A stretch of DNA of 64,000 nt. Source: Lama guanicoe (Eukaryota). The stretch lies in assembly GCA_013239625.1 (NCBI GenBank), contig MU054323.1:16620029-16684028 (forward strand). Reading direction: 5' to 3'. Under the pieces are notes generated by a model that had not been told where the DNA came from, did no database searches, and saw nothing but the letters and a program-made list of their open reading frames with translations. Below are positions 1 through 59,580 of this stretch, one piece after another (position 1 is the first letter of the stretch; every line of letters begins with the position of its first letter). Position numbers and translations under genes: made by a program.

Positions 1-1580
1 CTCCTATGCACCCCCTTCTTTCTCATATCAACATCCTTTATCTAGAGATTTACAACTGCTAATAATGAGCATGTGACTTTCACCAGTGAAATTTCTTGCG
101 TATCCAGAATTCAAAAGTGGAAGAAAAAGCACTCTAACCACTGAACTTAGAAGCGGTAAGTCCCACAGGCTGGGAAAAACACATCATTATCTGAATTTTA
201 AGACACTGGCAGACCTGGTAAGTCCATATGGACAATGAAGTAGATCTGCTGACTCAACATAATAGCCTAAATATAACCCAAATTTCACCAAGGTGCCCCA
301 GATGGTGAGTATAAGTAACATCACATTAATATTAGCATTCATTTGATGATTCTCTGTCCCCACTTGCTGATGCAGCATCTTGATTCTCAAAAATTAGGGT
401 GCCCCATGCATTTACGGAAGTCCCCAGGGAGTGTCTAATGTGTTCTCACAAACATATCAATTCTGCTTTTAGATAATATTCTGAGCCTCCTCTGAGCATA
501 AGTTTGAATTAGTATTTTGCTAGTCACTTAGTAATAAAGGGTAGTACTTTTATTCTTTAATATTTTTAACTTTTCTTTCCCTACTAAGTAAAATAATGCA
601 CAAGAGGAAAACCTCAATGAACTTCTTGTTTTGTGCACTAAAAATTAACTAGCACTGCCTTACCTTTCTGCACATTCGTTGCCCGAGCCTAAGCTCGCTC
701 TCCCAGCTCAGCTAACATGCAGTAGAAATGCAACCAGCAACTAGGCTTCTGCAGAGAGGCAAGAAAGAGCCTTCCGTTGTGAGTGAGGAGCGCTGAGCTC
801 CCAGTTACTGTGTGGCCTGGACAAGTCACACTTCATCTCTGACAGGCTGTTTCCTCATCTGCAAAGTGAAAATGAAAATCCGTGCTCTGCCCATCTCAGA
901 GGCTGGGGTGACAACCACACACAAACACATGAAATCACATTGAAGGAGCCCATATTCCTTGCCAATGCACTGCTATGTGTCTGATGAAGGGGCAGAAAAC
1001 ATTCTCATACCTCTCACATGAAATCTTTGAGTGTGTTCCCTGGTTATACACATGCTGAGGATTAACTGGTCGGAGCAAAGGAATTTGGCAAGCAGAGAAC
1101 GATTGTGACATAAATGATTAATCTGGATGACAGCACTGAACCTGTTGGCAAAAAACGAAAGAGCAGGAGCTGCTCATATGATCGTTGCCTCATCTCACAT
1201 TGTGAAATGAAGGTTTGCTAAAACACATGGCTCAAGAGCTGCCAGTCAGGCCCTGGGCTGGGAATGCACCTGTCAGAAGAGTTGGAAGAAACAAGGATGT
1301 TTTCCTCTCCTGCTGAAAGAGAGGGAACTGTTTTCTCACTGTATGAGGTTTTATAGGGTAAAGAACAAGCTTGGGGTATTCAGCCAATAGGCATGGAACA
1401 GCTTTAGCAGCATTATCGTCACGAAAGTGGAGGCAGGGAGGCAGCAAACCAACATTCCAAAGCCAGATATGTATCTTTGAAAACCCAGCTGGCTAGAAAA
1501 AAACATGAACAGCAAACCAACACTAATTAACTTAGATTTACAAGTTAGTCCAGCAGAACTCAGATCAGTATTCCAATACT

Positions 1581-1677
1581 TAGATTTGTAAGTTATCTTG
1601 TTAGACCAGTCCAGTTTCTCCTTCACATTCCTAGACTTGTAAGTTATCTTGTTAGACCACCCCGGCTTTTCCTTCAC
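1581..1677. repeat. Two-copy tandem duplication, 51-bp period
   Basis: TAGA(T/C)TTGTAAGTTATCTTGTTAGACCA...CCTTCACA at 1581 and 1632. Confidence 0.9.
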
Positions 1678-4204
1678 AAGCTGATATGTGGGAGGAAAGT
1701 CAGGAAATTTTTGATAGTGATGGGTGTGAGATAGGGTATGAGACATGAGAAGGGAGGCAGGGTTTTAGACAAGATGATGGGCAGTACCAAAATATTTTGA
1801 AGTATTTAGATCAACTGAAATTTTCATTTTTTATTTGATGGTTGATGCCTTTGAAGCCAAAACCTAAGACACAGTAGCAATAAATTATTTCGATGAAAGA
1901 TCTTTACAGATTCTCCTTATTAAGAAGAGGAGAAAATAGTAATACCTAATTATGGTCATGTCTGCATAATCACAAACTTTTAGCAGCAGAAAATAATGGA
2001 AGTGCCTTTATGTCTAAAGTTGGATTCTCACAGTTAAATGCTTTATGAAAAAAATTTGAAGCTATTCTCACTGTGTAAAATTTCTGTATGTAAATGACTA
2101 AATTATTCAAACTAGTTTGTTAACAATCTTTCATTTACAAAATACAGACAGGTCCTGAGTTGTGTTCTATGAGTGACTAGCCAGTCATTATGCCCAGAAA
2201 GTTAAGTTCCTCTCATCCCCTTTTTGTTTGAGAAATGGGAGTTTTCTACTAAGAGAGTAAATGTCATTACTGTCAGAATTGTCTCTCTCTCTCTTTTTTT
2301 TTTTAAGGAGCATTGGAAGAGTTGTTTTGCTTCATGTGAGAAAGTCATAGAGCCCCATGGCTGAGTGGGTAATTCTTTTCATGCTGGAAACCTGGCAGAG
2401 GCTGAGGCTGATGGTAGGAGTTTTTTTGCATTAGCTGGTAAGCAGACGTCATAGCTGGAGGGTGGGTATCTCTTCTCAATGGACAGTTTTTAGCTGCTGC
2501 AACTGACAAGGTCAAAGCCATATTTTTTTTTTTTAAGTGGAAGCAGCCAAGGCCATAGCAACAAATAGATGATTTCCTGATATCAGCAGTTCTGAGTTAG
2601 AATTCAGCTAAAAATCATAGAGTGTATTACCATATGGATTACCAAGGATTTTGGGGGGTGCTTAGGAAACAAACCACAATTTACATAGGGTGACTTTCAT
2701 GGTAAGGTATGTTCCCAGTTCTCAAGAGTCAAATTACAATTATTTTTTATTACAATACAAATGGCTTAGTCACTTGCTTTATGAAACAAGCTTTCTTCTA
2801 AAATTATTACAGCGGTGAATTTCAATTTCATCTTTTTCTAGATTCACTTCTGTGAATGAGAGTCCAAACATATGGATTGATTACAAAGATGGGAATACAA
2901 CTTCTATGAAATGGAAGAAGTTTTAACGATGGTTGATTAATTAATGTGTCTCTATTGCATCAGAAAAGTCATTCTCTATGGATTGATTTGCTAACCAAGA
3001 GGCTGCCTCCATCTACTGAACAATTTCTTGAAAGAGATATTGCTCCTAAAGGGAAAGTACCTTTTCTTTGGCTAGTCTGAGGACAGTGGGTCTGGCAAGT
3101 TGCCAATCCCAATTTTTCCCAGCAGAACCTTGGACAAAGTTGATTTACCACCCAAGTCCTAAATGAAATCTTTCGTTCAAACTTTTATATATAATTAATA
3201 CTATTCAATTCCCTTAGCTAATTTGTACATACATATAGTATGACAGCATTTTTTCTAACTGAGGAACTTTTTTTTTCAATCTGCCACAAACAATGAAAAT
3301 AACCTTGGCTTGTGAAGTTGAGATATGTACTGTCAAGGATGCCCCTGAACATTTTCTCTCAAGTGAAGGAAGAATGCTGAAGGGTCGGGCAAACTGACTT
3401 TTTGCTCTGAATTTGTTGAGTTCCATTTTAGAGTGTATCCAAAGCTGTTCCTTAAACAGGCTGACTACAGAAACTCAGCCTAAGAATGTGACTTACAAAA
3501 TCTCCTGCAATTTCTGAAAAATCTTCATTCCTACCTTGAAGCATTATGGAAAAACTGCTGATAATCATTGATCAAGGTTAGTATTCATCAAGCAAAGTAT
3601 ATGTCTCTCTGAAAATGACACTGAACAAAAACTTAATTTTTCTGACAATTTTTAGAAAATTGATTCAATATTGAATTGCTAAATCATATTACATAAATAC
3701 TGTTGCTAACTTTTCTTTTATACATAGCTTAAGATTTGTTCAGTACAGGAATATTGGTTCAACTATTTTATTGTATTTATGTGATCAATAATTTATTGCT
3801 TAGTCTTGTGGAAATAGCTGATAAACTTATCCTCATGCCTTTTTCAAAAAAGCATTTTTCCCTTAGAAGGTCCAATTTATTTATAGTTATCTTTTCAGAA
3901 ATTTTGAGGGTAATTTTCTTGTGCTCTAGGATCCTGTAAAATTTAAACATAAAACAAACAAAAACCCTGTTTATATTAAGCACAGGATTATTTTTCCTCT
4001 TTTCCCTAAACTCTATTCCTAGCCTACCCTGAACACAATAGACCCACCATAATTTTATACCCTGTGGCTCAAGAGATAATGGCAAACTCCTACGGGGAAG
4101 CCCTCTGCAGGGTAAGTGCTCTGATACGGAGATTCAGGCTCTACAGAGGGAGCAGAGAAGGCTGAACCCCATGTAACTGAAGTAGGGGTTGTGAGGAATG
4201 AAAA

Positions 4205-4537
4205 TGTCCTACTTTGGGCGGCTACCACAAATTACCATAGACTGAATGGCTTAAATAGCAAACATTTATTTCTCATGGTTCTAGAGATGGGAAATCAAAG
4301 ATCATAGTGCCAGTATGGTTGCGTCCTGATAAGAGTCCTTTTCCAGGTTGCAGTCAGCTGGTAGAAAAAGAGCTCTGGTCTCTTACTTTTCTTAAAGTGG
4401 TGTTCATCCCATTCTGGAGGGCTCCAGCCTCCTCACCTAATTACTTCCCAAAGGCCCCACCTCCAAATACCATCACATTGGGGATTAGGAATTCAACATA
4501 TGAATTTTGGAGGAACAGAAACATTCAGTCCATGACG
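4205..4537 (-). mobile_element. MaLR LTR (MLT1A/B-like)
   Basis: Characteristic acatttatttctcatggttctagag...aaggccccacctccaaataccatcacattgggg...aacattcagtccat. Confidence 0.8.
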
Positions 4538-5919
4538 AACAGCAACTTTGAGATTCCTAGTGGTTTCTTGGTTTATCTGTTTTTGGTTTTTCTTTCTTTT
4601 TTTTTCCTTCAGACATTCCTTTTGGACTATATTCCTAGTAGAGGTAGTGGGGAGTCAGTTTTTTCTTTTTCGAGTCATTCTGACTACATTGCCTGGCAAA
4701 TACAGCTCCTCTCTTTGCTTGTTAGTTTTAACTCTACCAAAGATAAACGGCTGTGAGTTTCTACCCTCTCAGATAGTTTTTACTGGTCAAGAAACAGAAT
4801 CAAAGAGAAGTGGTGTTAGTTACATGCAGAAAGAATCCAGCCATTTTAGCCCACTTACTGAACTTGAAGAGCAAGTCAGTACCAGCTGACATCTTCACTT
4901 TGGAGCAGAGGGTGGGTAAGGCCCTGTCCTCAGCCCACACAGCACATTTTTATTGCAGATCTCTTCTGTGCTGTGTGTTGGAGGTGCAGCAGTGAACACC
5001 TCAGTGGACTCCTTCTGGAAAAGCTTAAACCTCAAGGTGCTTCAAATTTCCTTTAAGTGTTATTGGAGACAGTATAAAAAAAGAAACCTATTATCACCCT
5101 GCTAGACAGGTTTACATTATATTATATTATGGTAAATAAATCAAATATTAGCATGATATTGTATTATCTTTGCAGACCACAACAAAATGTGAATAAAAGT
5201 GGTTCTTAGAAGGGAGTGCTTTATAGTTTCAAATCTTAGAGACTAAGTATTACTCTGCTGTCTTCCAAAATATAACTTAATTTTACTAAATGACCTGGCT
5301 AGGCTTACTTATTCTTGTATGCAGCTTGCTTAAAGCTCAAAGAACATTTTATTGTCTTAAAGATCCTATAGAATCTTGATTAGTAAATAGTTTTGTACAG
5401 ATTGTTAAATTAGCCTTCTGATTCTCTATAAAGGAGTTTTTTTGGTTTTGTTTTTTGATAAATAGGAGTGCACCCGTTTTTAATCCATTCAGTACACTGG
5501 CGGGGAATTTAGTGCTCAAGACTAAGTTTTCTGCAAGCCTAAATCTAAAGCTCAGAGTGAGGACAACACAGAAGGGAGTGAATATGCAGTTTTGTTAAGT
5601 TTATTTGGCAGAATTTTATTTTCCTTATACAAACCACAGAAAGTGAAGCTGGGTAAAACTGCGACCGCTAGGCATCTGAGAAGATAGTGGTTTCCGCCTA
5701 AAGGCAACTCAGAATGGTGGTGGGGGTTGACGGGACGAAAAGGTTGGGGATTTAGCTCATTAAAAGAGAAAGTGAATTCAAGTGAAGCTAGGAAAACTTG
5801 ATTAGTAATTCGTGCAAGACGTCTGCGTTTGACTCTGCGTAGGGTTCAAGGTTGTGCCTAGAAAGAGCACAGAAGGGTGATACTAGGGGAGAAGGTGGGT
5901 TTGGGGAGCGCCAGTGATG

Positions 5920-6700
5920 GGAGAAAGCGCGCAGGAGGTAGGAAGCGCGCGCCGAGTCTCCGGCCGGACCGGCGCGGTGGCCCTGAGCCAGGGCGCGGTG
6001 GTCGGGGCGGGGAGCCGAGCTTTGAGGGAGGCGGCACCCGGGCAGCAAAGGCCGGCGCGGGCCGAGGCGCTGGGTGGAGCGCACTTGTCCCTGTGTGTCA
6101 GAGGCGCGCAGGGAGCCCCCGGGTGAGCAGATCGCCCCACGGGAAGAGGCGGGAGCCGCGGGGCGAGCGGTGCGGGCTCCTCCCCCCGCGTCTCTGCTGT
6201 TTGGGTTGGGACGCGGCGGCCGCAGCGCGGGACCTCGGGACCCGCGGGCTGAGGGCTACTGTCCGTCCGCCGCTTCGCTCCCGAACGCCTTAGCCCGCGG
6301 GTCCCGGGTCTCCGAAGGCAGAGAGGCCGGCGCGGCGAGCACAGGTGCGTGCGCAGGCGGGCAGTGGGCGGCTCGGCGGGCCGGGGTAGTACACGACCCG
6401 GGGGCCGAGGGCTGAATGCTGAGGCGGCACTTCCGGCGACGGCCACCGCACTTCCGGGTCGTGCGGGTGTCCTCCTGGCGGCTGTATCCCTGCGGGGCAT
6501 CCTCCTGTAGGCCAGCCCTGCTGTTTGTTCTCCGGCAGCCGAGCGGGTTTGCAGCGGCTTCCCCCGTGCAAGCCTCACGGAGCTGGCGCCTCGGAAGCTT
6601 CAACCCCGGAGGTCGTCAGTGTTTCCACGTGGGCGCCCGGCGTGGGTGCTTGGGGAGCGGGCAGCTTGATGCCTCGGCCCCAGCAGGTCCTTGCAAACCC
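5920..6700 (+). promoter_or_regulatory. RMDN2: CpG island / main promoter and non-coding first exon region of RMDN2
   Basis: Abrupt GC- and CpG-rich segment in AT-rich DNA. GC box GGGGCGGGG at 6004-6012; two ETS/GABP-type CACTTCCGG motifs at 6428-6436 and 6449-6457. Candidate exon-1 donors CGG|GTGAGC (after 6122) and CAG|GTGCGT (after 6344). Lies ~5.5 kb upstream of the ATG exon. Confidence 0.85.
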
Positions 6701-8344
6701 CAGATGAGTTTCTGCTGGAGACTTTTGCTCGCCTCTCACCTCTGCTCCCTGGGTCTTTCTCAGCGTTCATCCTCCAGCAAACGTTTTGTTTTGCTTTGTT
6801 TTGCTCACACTCAGATTCTCTACCTATTTTATACAAAGTGAAAGGCCAGATTTTCAGTGCGACAAACATTTGCAAATAAGCCAAACATCAGGGAGTCCTA
6901 AGTGAAAAGAAATTACAAAATAAGAAAAATAATGGAAATCAAATGAAATAAGAATGTTAGAATTCACTTAGAGAGTATCAAATTATCCAGGTCGCCGTGG
7001 GGAATCTAATCGGTAATTCAAGGTTTCAGAGCAGTCCCTTGGGAAACTTAAAACTCAGGCTTTTTCGTAACCCATACTGTGTACCGTTCTCGCAAAAACT
7101 TTCATCCGTCTCCCGAGTTTATCAGAGTTGTATATGTATTTCCCCCTACGAATCTGCTAAGTAAGTGAATATATATGCTAGATGTTGCTGAAAGCTTTGT
7201 AACTTGGTAAAGCATAATTTCCATGTCTAAAGATAAATTTTAATTAAAACTAGGACATGAAAGTTAAGTGTTTTCTGAAGTTAATTTTTTATGACAGTTC
7301 CTACAAAGGAATTTTAACGTAGGAATTTATGCAGAGGCAACATTTTGGTGATTTATCATTTCAGAAGAATTCTTGATTCTCATCTCTGCAAATAACCTTT
7401 ACTTTGTATTACATATTAATTTTAGATGCTAATAATATATAATAAAATAATATCTATTATTTTACATTGGTATGATTAGTACCTTACAAATTGAAACTTG
7501 TAACAGGAATAATACTTAGCATCTGATTATCTAGTCAATACATTTTTTAATTGCTGTATTTTTACACCAAAGTGTAAGTGTATACTACTAATGTGATAAT
7601 TAAACGTATTAAAGTTATATAAATGATGCAGTATAACTTTTGAAATTATACTGCAGGCAAGCAAGTGTTCTGACATTACCTTTCTATATTACTATTTTTT
7701 AATGAGTAGCATTTTTCAAATTATTGGCTTAGGAGCACATTCATTTTATACTGATATAAAACTCAAACAGCTTGAGCTATTATTCTCTAATTGTGGTTAT
7801 TGAAAACCAGTGCCTACTCCATTGATTCTAGTTTTTTTCCAAGTTGATTTTCATAGTTCTGAAGTCGTATTTCAGCTCTGAACATCTTTGCCCAGTCAGC
7901 ATTCTCTTTCATGTCCTTGTTGCTGCTTTCTGAATCTTCATCATACTGCAGTGCATCCAGGACTTGTCAAGGGTAACAGTTCTTATTCCTAGTTGGGTAA
8001 CTCCTGGGTAAATGACTTGACAGCTACGTGTCTCAGATAGAGATAATAAAAGGACCTGCCTGAAAGAGATAATTTGGGATTGGTATAATTCCTAAAGAAA
8101 GGGTCAAACAAAATTAATACTCTTGTCTCTCTCACCTGTTTAAACCTGGTACCATCCCAGGGGTAAGATCTCCCTAAGTAAATTTTGACTTCCATTTATT
8201 TATTTATTAAATGACAGAAGTTTCAAACTAGGCCATGTGTTTTAATGTAAAGTTCCAAGCAGGCCCAGCAGGAATGAGCCAAGAAAGCAATCAGAATAAG
8301 ATTTTAATGGACCTCAAGATCAGCGTGTGAACATCCTGCATTAA

Positions 8345-8480
8345 TTTTTTTTAATTGAAGTATAGTTGATTTACAGTGTGTTAATTTCTCGTGTGCAGCA
8401 TGGTGATTCAGTTGTACATATATATATGTATATTCCCTTTTTCATTATAGGCTATTACAAGGTATTGAATATAGTTCTCT
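8345..8480 (-). mobile_element. Short L1 3' end (artiodactyl-type)
   Basis: T tract + aattgaagtatagttgatttacag...gattcagtt...attgaatatagttc; degenerate flanking repeat tc(c/t)tg(c/t)at(t/c)aatttt. Confidence 0.75.
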
Positions 8481-9599
8481 CTTGTATCAATTTTGTATTG
8501 ACAAAGAAGAGCCAAGATGATCAAGCTTGATGCATGATTATTAGATGTGATACAAGTGTTTTCTTGTATCTGTTGCCTTTTTGTAATGATTTTTCAAAAT
8601 AATTTAGTTTTGTGATATAATTTTTTGTGGAAATAAAATTTAACAGCTAATAATAATTACCTCCAACTTCAGCTGAAGTTACAAATTGATCTGGATCTCC
8701 TCCTGGCAGGTCTTCTGGGTGGGATGGGAGTGGACAGATGGTTACACTTAAGAGTTCAAACTTATACCAATTAGGTAAAAATACTTTTTACTTAAAAAAA
8801 TAGTTTCAGGTAAACTATCCTGCTGTCAGGTAGGCCAGATTAAACACACAGGTTTTCTACTGAAACTCTTGGCTTTAGGAATAGGGATTCCTAAGTCTCT
8901 TGTATCTAATATTCACCAACACCTGAGGTAGTTTCTGGAAGATTCTTTTAAAACCATTAGTTCTTCTTTTTTTACTTAGAGCAGTAATGAAATAGGACAT
9001 CCAAATAGAATACTCCCTGTGTTCAATGCATATAGTCTAGTGTATTCCTGAGGACTCTAAATAGAGACATTCTTTTAGACAGATTTCTTAGAAGTAGATG
9101 CTTGCTTCTTATTCTTTCTCTTAGTACTTCATTTGAAACATCATGTTTATTTGGCCATTTAGAGGATAAAAAAATGCTTTGCTTGAGTTTATGGGATCAT
9201 AGAATATAAACCAAAGGAAGGCTAATTTCATATACACAACTGAATTCAGAACTTGCATCTTCACAATACTCTGTTCCCCATTCTCACTCTCAGCTGTTTA
9301 TTTTGTTTCCCATTTCACTTAGAATAATGAAGCAATCAAAGAGAACTTCATAAACTCCTACCATCACGTCCCACCATCACGTCCCACCTTCCTGAATCTG
9401 CTTACATAATCTGCCTTTTCTTTCATGCCTGTGAATGAATGGTTTGTTTCCATCAAAGGTCAGCCTCTGTACTAGTGCACTGGAGATTATCCATCCTCTT
9501 TGGCTTCTCATGTTTATTACAGTGATTCTCTAATCTTTCTTTTACTTTCATTAATTTAATCTTCCTTAAAAAATTGAATCTTTGCCATGGGCAAACAGA

Positions 9600-10600
9600 A
9601 ATAATGTGATTTCTCCATCTTTTACCAGTGTTTTCCTATATAGTCATGGCAATTTCTTTTCTCCTTGTTTTCTGTTTGCCTATTTGTTCTTTTTCCCCTT
9701 TCCTGACTTCTTTTGGACTAATTGAAAATCTTCAGTATTCCATTTTTATTTCCACTATTGGCTCTTTCATACTTTTGTGGAATATTTTTTAAATTACTGT
9801 TTTTGTTTTTTTGAGCAGTTGCCCTTGGGTTTACAACTGTGGATCTTTAACTTATTGTAACACTGCTTTATAACCTGAGACCCTCACAACAGTATGTTCT
9901 GTTTTTCCCTTCCCACCCTGTGGGCTATTGTTGTCCTACTTTTTTACTTCTATATATGATATAAACCCCATGATATGTTATTATAATTTTTGTTGTAATA
10001 AGCAAATATTTTATGAATAAATCTTAAAATGAGAAAAATGAATCTTATATTTAGCCACATATTTGCCACTACTGGTGCTCTTCATCCTTCTATAGATACA
10101 AGTTTCTGTTAAAATTTTCCTTCTGCCTGAAGAACCTCTGTTAGCATTTCTTGTAGTGAATGGCTACTGGTAATGGAGTCTCTCAACTTTTCTTTGTTTA
10201 AAAAAGCCTTTATCTTCACTTTTGAACATTATTTTACTTTGTATAGAAATGCAAATTGACATTTTCTGTCAGCATTTGTTTTTTGCCTGGCTTAATGGAG
10301 TTCCACTCTATGCATGTGCAGACTGGTATTCAATTTAAAGATTCAAGAAGACCCCTATTTCTGGAGCTCTTTGTCTGCATACCTTCTCATTTTCAGTATT
10401 AAGCTGCACAAATTCTAGATGCTTCAGTTTCTCTGAACTCTGATCTCTGTTAACTCAGTGAGACTATCAGGCTCTGTTTGGTCTTCCCTTCCCTGTGCTA
10501 TAGTCCAGAAATTGCCTCCAATTGGAAACGTGGGGAGATCAAAACACTCTATTTGTTTCCTTTTTATCAAGGATCAAAGATATCAAGTGCTCTAGTAATC
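9600..10600 (-). mobile_element. Old L1 fragments
   Basis: T-rich antisense L1-like sequence (ttagcatttcttgtagt...ctctcaacttttctttg; ctctgaactctgatctctg). Confidence 0.6.
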
Positions 10601-11826
10601 TGCTCCTTGAGAAACTGAGGAAAAACAAACAAAAAATTACAAATTTAATTTTCTATAAGGACAGTTTATATTGTTTGTAACTTTCAAGTTGCAAACAAAA
10701 TTTAATACAAATGTTTACCTATTTATAAAATAGGGGAAATTGATGGGAAAACAATTTTGGAAACTTCAAAGTCTATATAAAAGCCTTACTGTATTTTACT
10801 CTAATTACTAAAGTTTATCATTGTACTAGTATGATTATTGCCATTTTAAAGTCTCAGAAGGAAAGGGGGATTTATATTATTGTTTTCGTTTTGTGGTATT
10901 CTGACTTTAGAAACAGAGATAAGCAATAAAACAAGTGAAGAGAGAACATACTAAAGAAAGATTATGGTGCATTTAGTCAAAGTAGCTGAGTTCATATGGA
11001 ATTAGGTGGGCCAAAGCTTAGTCTTGAATGCAAAAAAGGTGAAAGTTCAGGAGAAAAGGATCAAAGAAATGACTTTTTGTTACTTTAAAAATAAGTGAAA
11101 ATTTGAAAGAAAATAAAAACATTAAGCCCTCAGACAGAAGTAGAAATGTAAGGAGCAGAAGAATTCTGGGTCTGAAAAAGAAAGTAGCATATTAACATTT
11201 CTGCCTTCCATGTTGAATAAAACAAATGGGATGGGTTACAAACTTGCCAAAACTCTCTGTATATTTTATATCTCAGAGCCTGTTTTAGAATGTTATTTAT
11301 CACTCTAAATTGAAGTACAAAATTTGAACTAGATGCTAAGGAAGAGCTTTTATTGGGGGGTTTCCTTAAAGATTAGATAAAACCAGACATCAACACACGA
11401 GTTAATTTTATACAAATAAAAGATTCAAACACAATTAAGCATAATTAGAATTCTTAAATAGTTTTTTTTGTAGAAATTTATAATGATGCTTTTACCTCTA
11501 TCACACTCTTTAAAGATATGTGGCAAAGAGTAAATTTCAGATCAGTATTGTAGAATACAAATTCTGATTAAAGTTGATACTTTAATTTAAGGTTGTCAGT
11601 CACATCCTTAAAGGTAATATTTCTATTTGGCCACATACATTATAGAGGCAATTGTTTGTAATTTATTTTAGTTTGTGATTTATTGAGTGTTTTTAAATTT
11701 TTTTGTGTGGTGATATAGACTTGGTTTTTCTTGATTGAGAAAGCTCTAATATTTTTGTCTTGGGCAAAGACAGAAACAATGTTCATTTACATTTATACTT
11801 TTAATTTTAGAAACAGAAACCAAGAA

Positions 11827-58527
<46,701 letters not shown>

Positions 58528-58789
58528 ATAAAAGAACTTGCTCTTCAACAAATCAGATGTGGCCTACTAAAATTTAAACTAATCAAAGTTGTGGGGTTTT
58601 TTAATTAGCCTTTTTTTGTGTGATGTAAGGGCAATGTGCTCAGATTTGAAGGTAAAAAAAACCACATTTCTGCAGACTGCATTACATTAGTAGCACTACA
58701 AAACTAATCATGTTATTTGGAGAAATTTATTTCTGGTAATGTCATTACAAAATGATCTTTAAACATGTATGCTTTACATTTTTCCTATC

Positions 58790-58826
58790 AATAAACTACA
58801 GTCTTCAGAATATTTCTTTAAATAAA
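58790..58826 (+). terminator. RMDN2: Candidate RMDN2 polyadenylation signals
   Basis: AATAAA at 58790-58795 and 58821-58826, ~260-300 nt after the stop, just before L1-derived sequence begins. Confidence 0.65.
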
Positions 58827-58869
58827 ATATTTAAATCAGTCCAATAAGATGAACCCTAGTGAATGCTTT

Positions 58870-59580
58870 ATTGCTTCAATGGAGATTTCACAAAACAAAA
58901 TAATTTAATATGGCTGAAAAATGGAAAAACTGGGCAAAGGACATAAACAAGTTGTTGGTAGAAGAGGAAAAATAAAAAAGGAAATATATTGTAACTAATA
59001 ATCAGAGAAATATGAATAAAATTACAGTAAGATTCTGTTTTACCATCCAATTAGCAAAGATTTTTTTTTCTTTCAAGAAACATTCAATGTTGGCAATAAT
59101 GCCACGAGGTAGAACATTCCCATATGCTGCTGCTGGGAGGCGTTTTGACACAAATATTTGGAATATCTAGTCTTTAAAATGTATTAAGTCTTTAATCTTG
59201 TGATTTAATTTCACAGAAATAACCCTAAAGAGAAAAAGCATATAATTATTTATGCATAAATATTCATAACAGCATTATTTTTCTGACAGCAAAACACTAT
59301 GTCCAACAATAAGAAAGCAGTTAACCATATTAGACTATAACTGCAATAGTATATTATTTTGACATTAAAAATAATTACAAGAATGACATAGGGAGATGCA
59401 CAGAGCATCTTAAGTTCAAGTGCAAGACATAACAGTATAGGCATATGATCTCAACTGTATGAAAATGTGCATAGAAAAGCAGCTATTGGAAATACACTAA
59501 ACTGGTAGTAGTTCGTATTTCCGTGAGTTGTGTTTGATTTATTGTATTTCCCAATTTTTAGTAATTAAAATAAAAGGATT
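58870..59580 (+). mobile_element. Old L1 (L1ME-like) 3' region just downstream of the RMDN2 3' UTR
   Basis: aaaactgggcaaaggacataaaca...aataatcagagaaatatgaataaa...tattcataacagcattattt. Confidence 0.7.

Noticed and set aside
2550..2710. Upstream alternative first exon (RFX half-site CCATAGCAAC and donor ATG|GTAAGG)
   Set aside because: Only short motifs support it; similar donor-like sequences also occur at ~156, ~218 and ~305.
5788..6884. Many overlapping 60-231 aa ORFs on both strands
   Set aside because: Expected artefact of stop-poor CpG-island DNA; Arg/Gly/Pro/Ala-rich with no domain I recognise.
9360..9385. 13-bp tandem duplication ACCATCACGTCCC
   Set aside because: Ordinary slippage-type duplication inside an old repeat.
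11731..11826. N-terminal extension of the exon 2 ORF (MIEKALIF...)
   Set aside because: Starts at TTG and runs through the intron's polypyrimidine tract and acceptor at 11810; the real start is ATG 11827.
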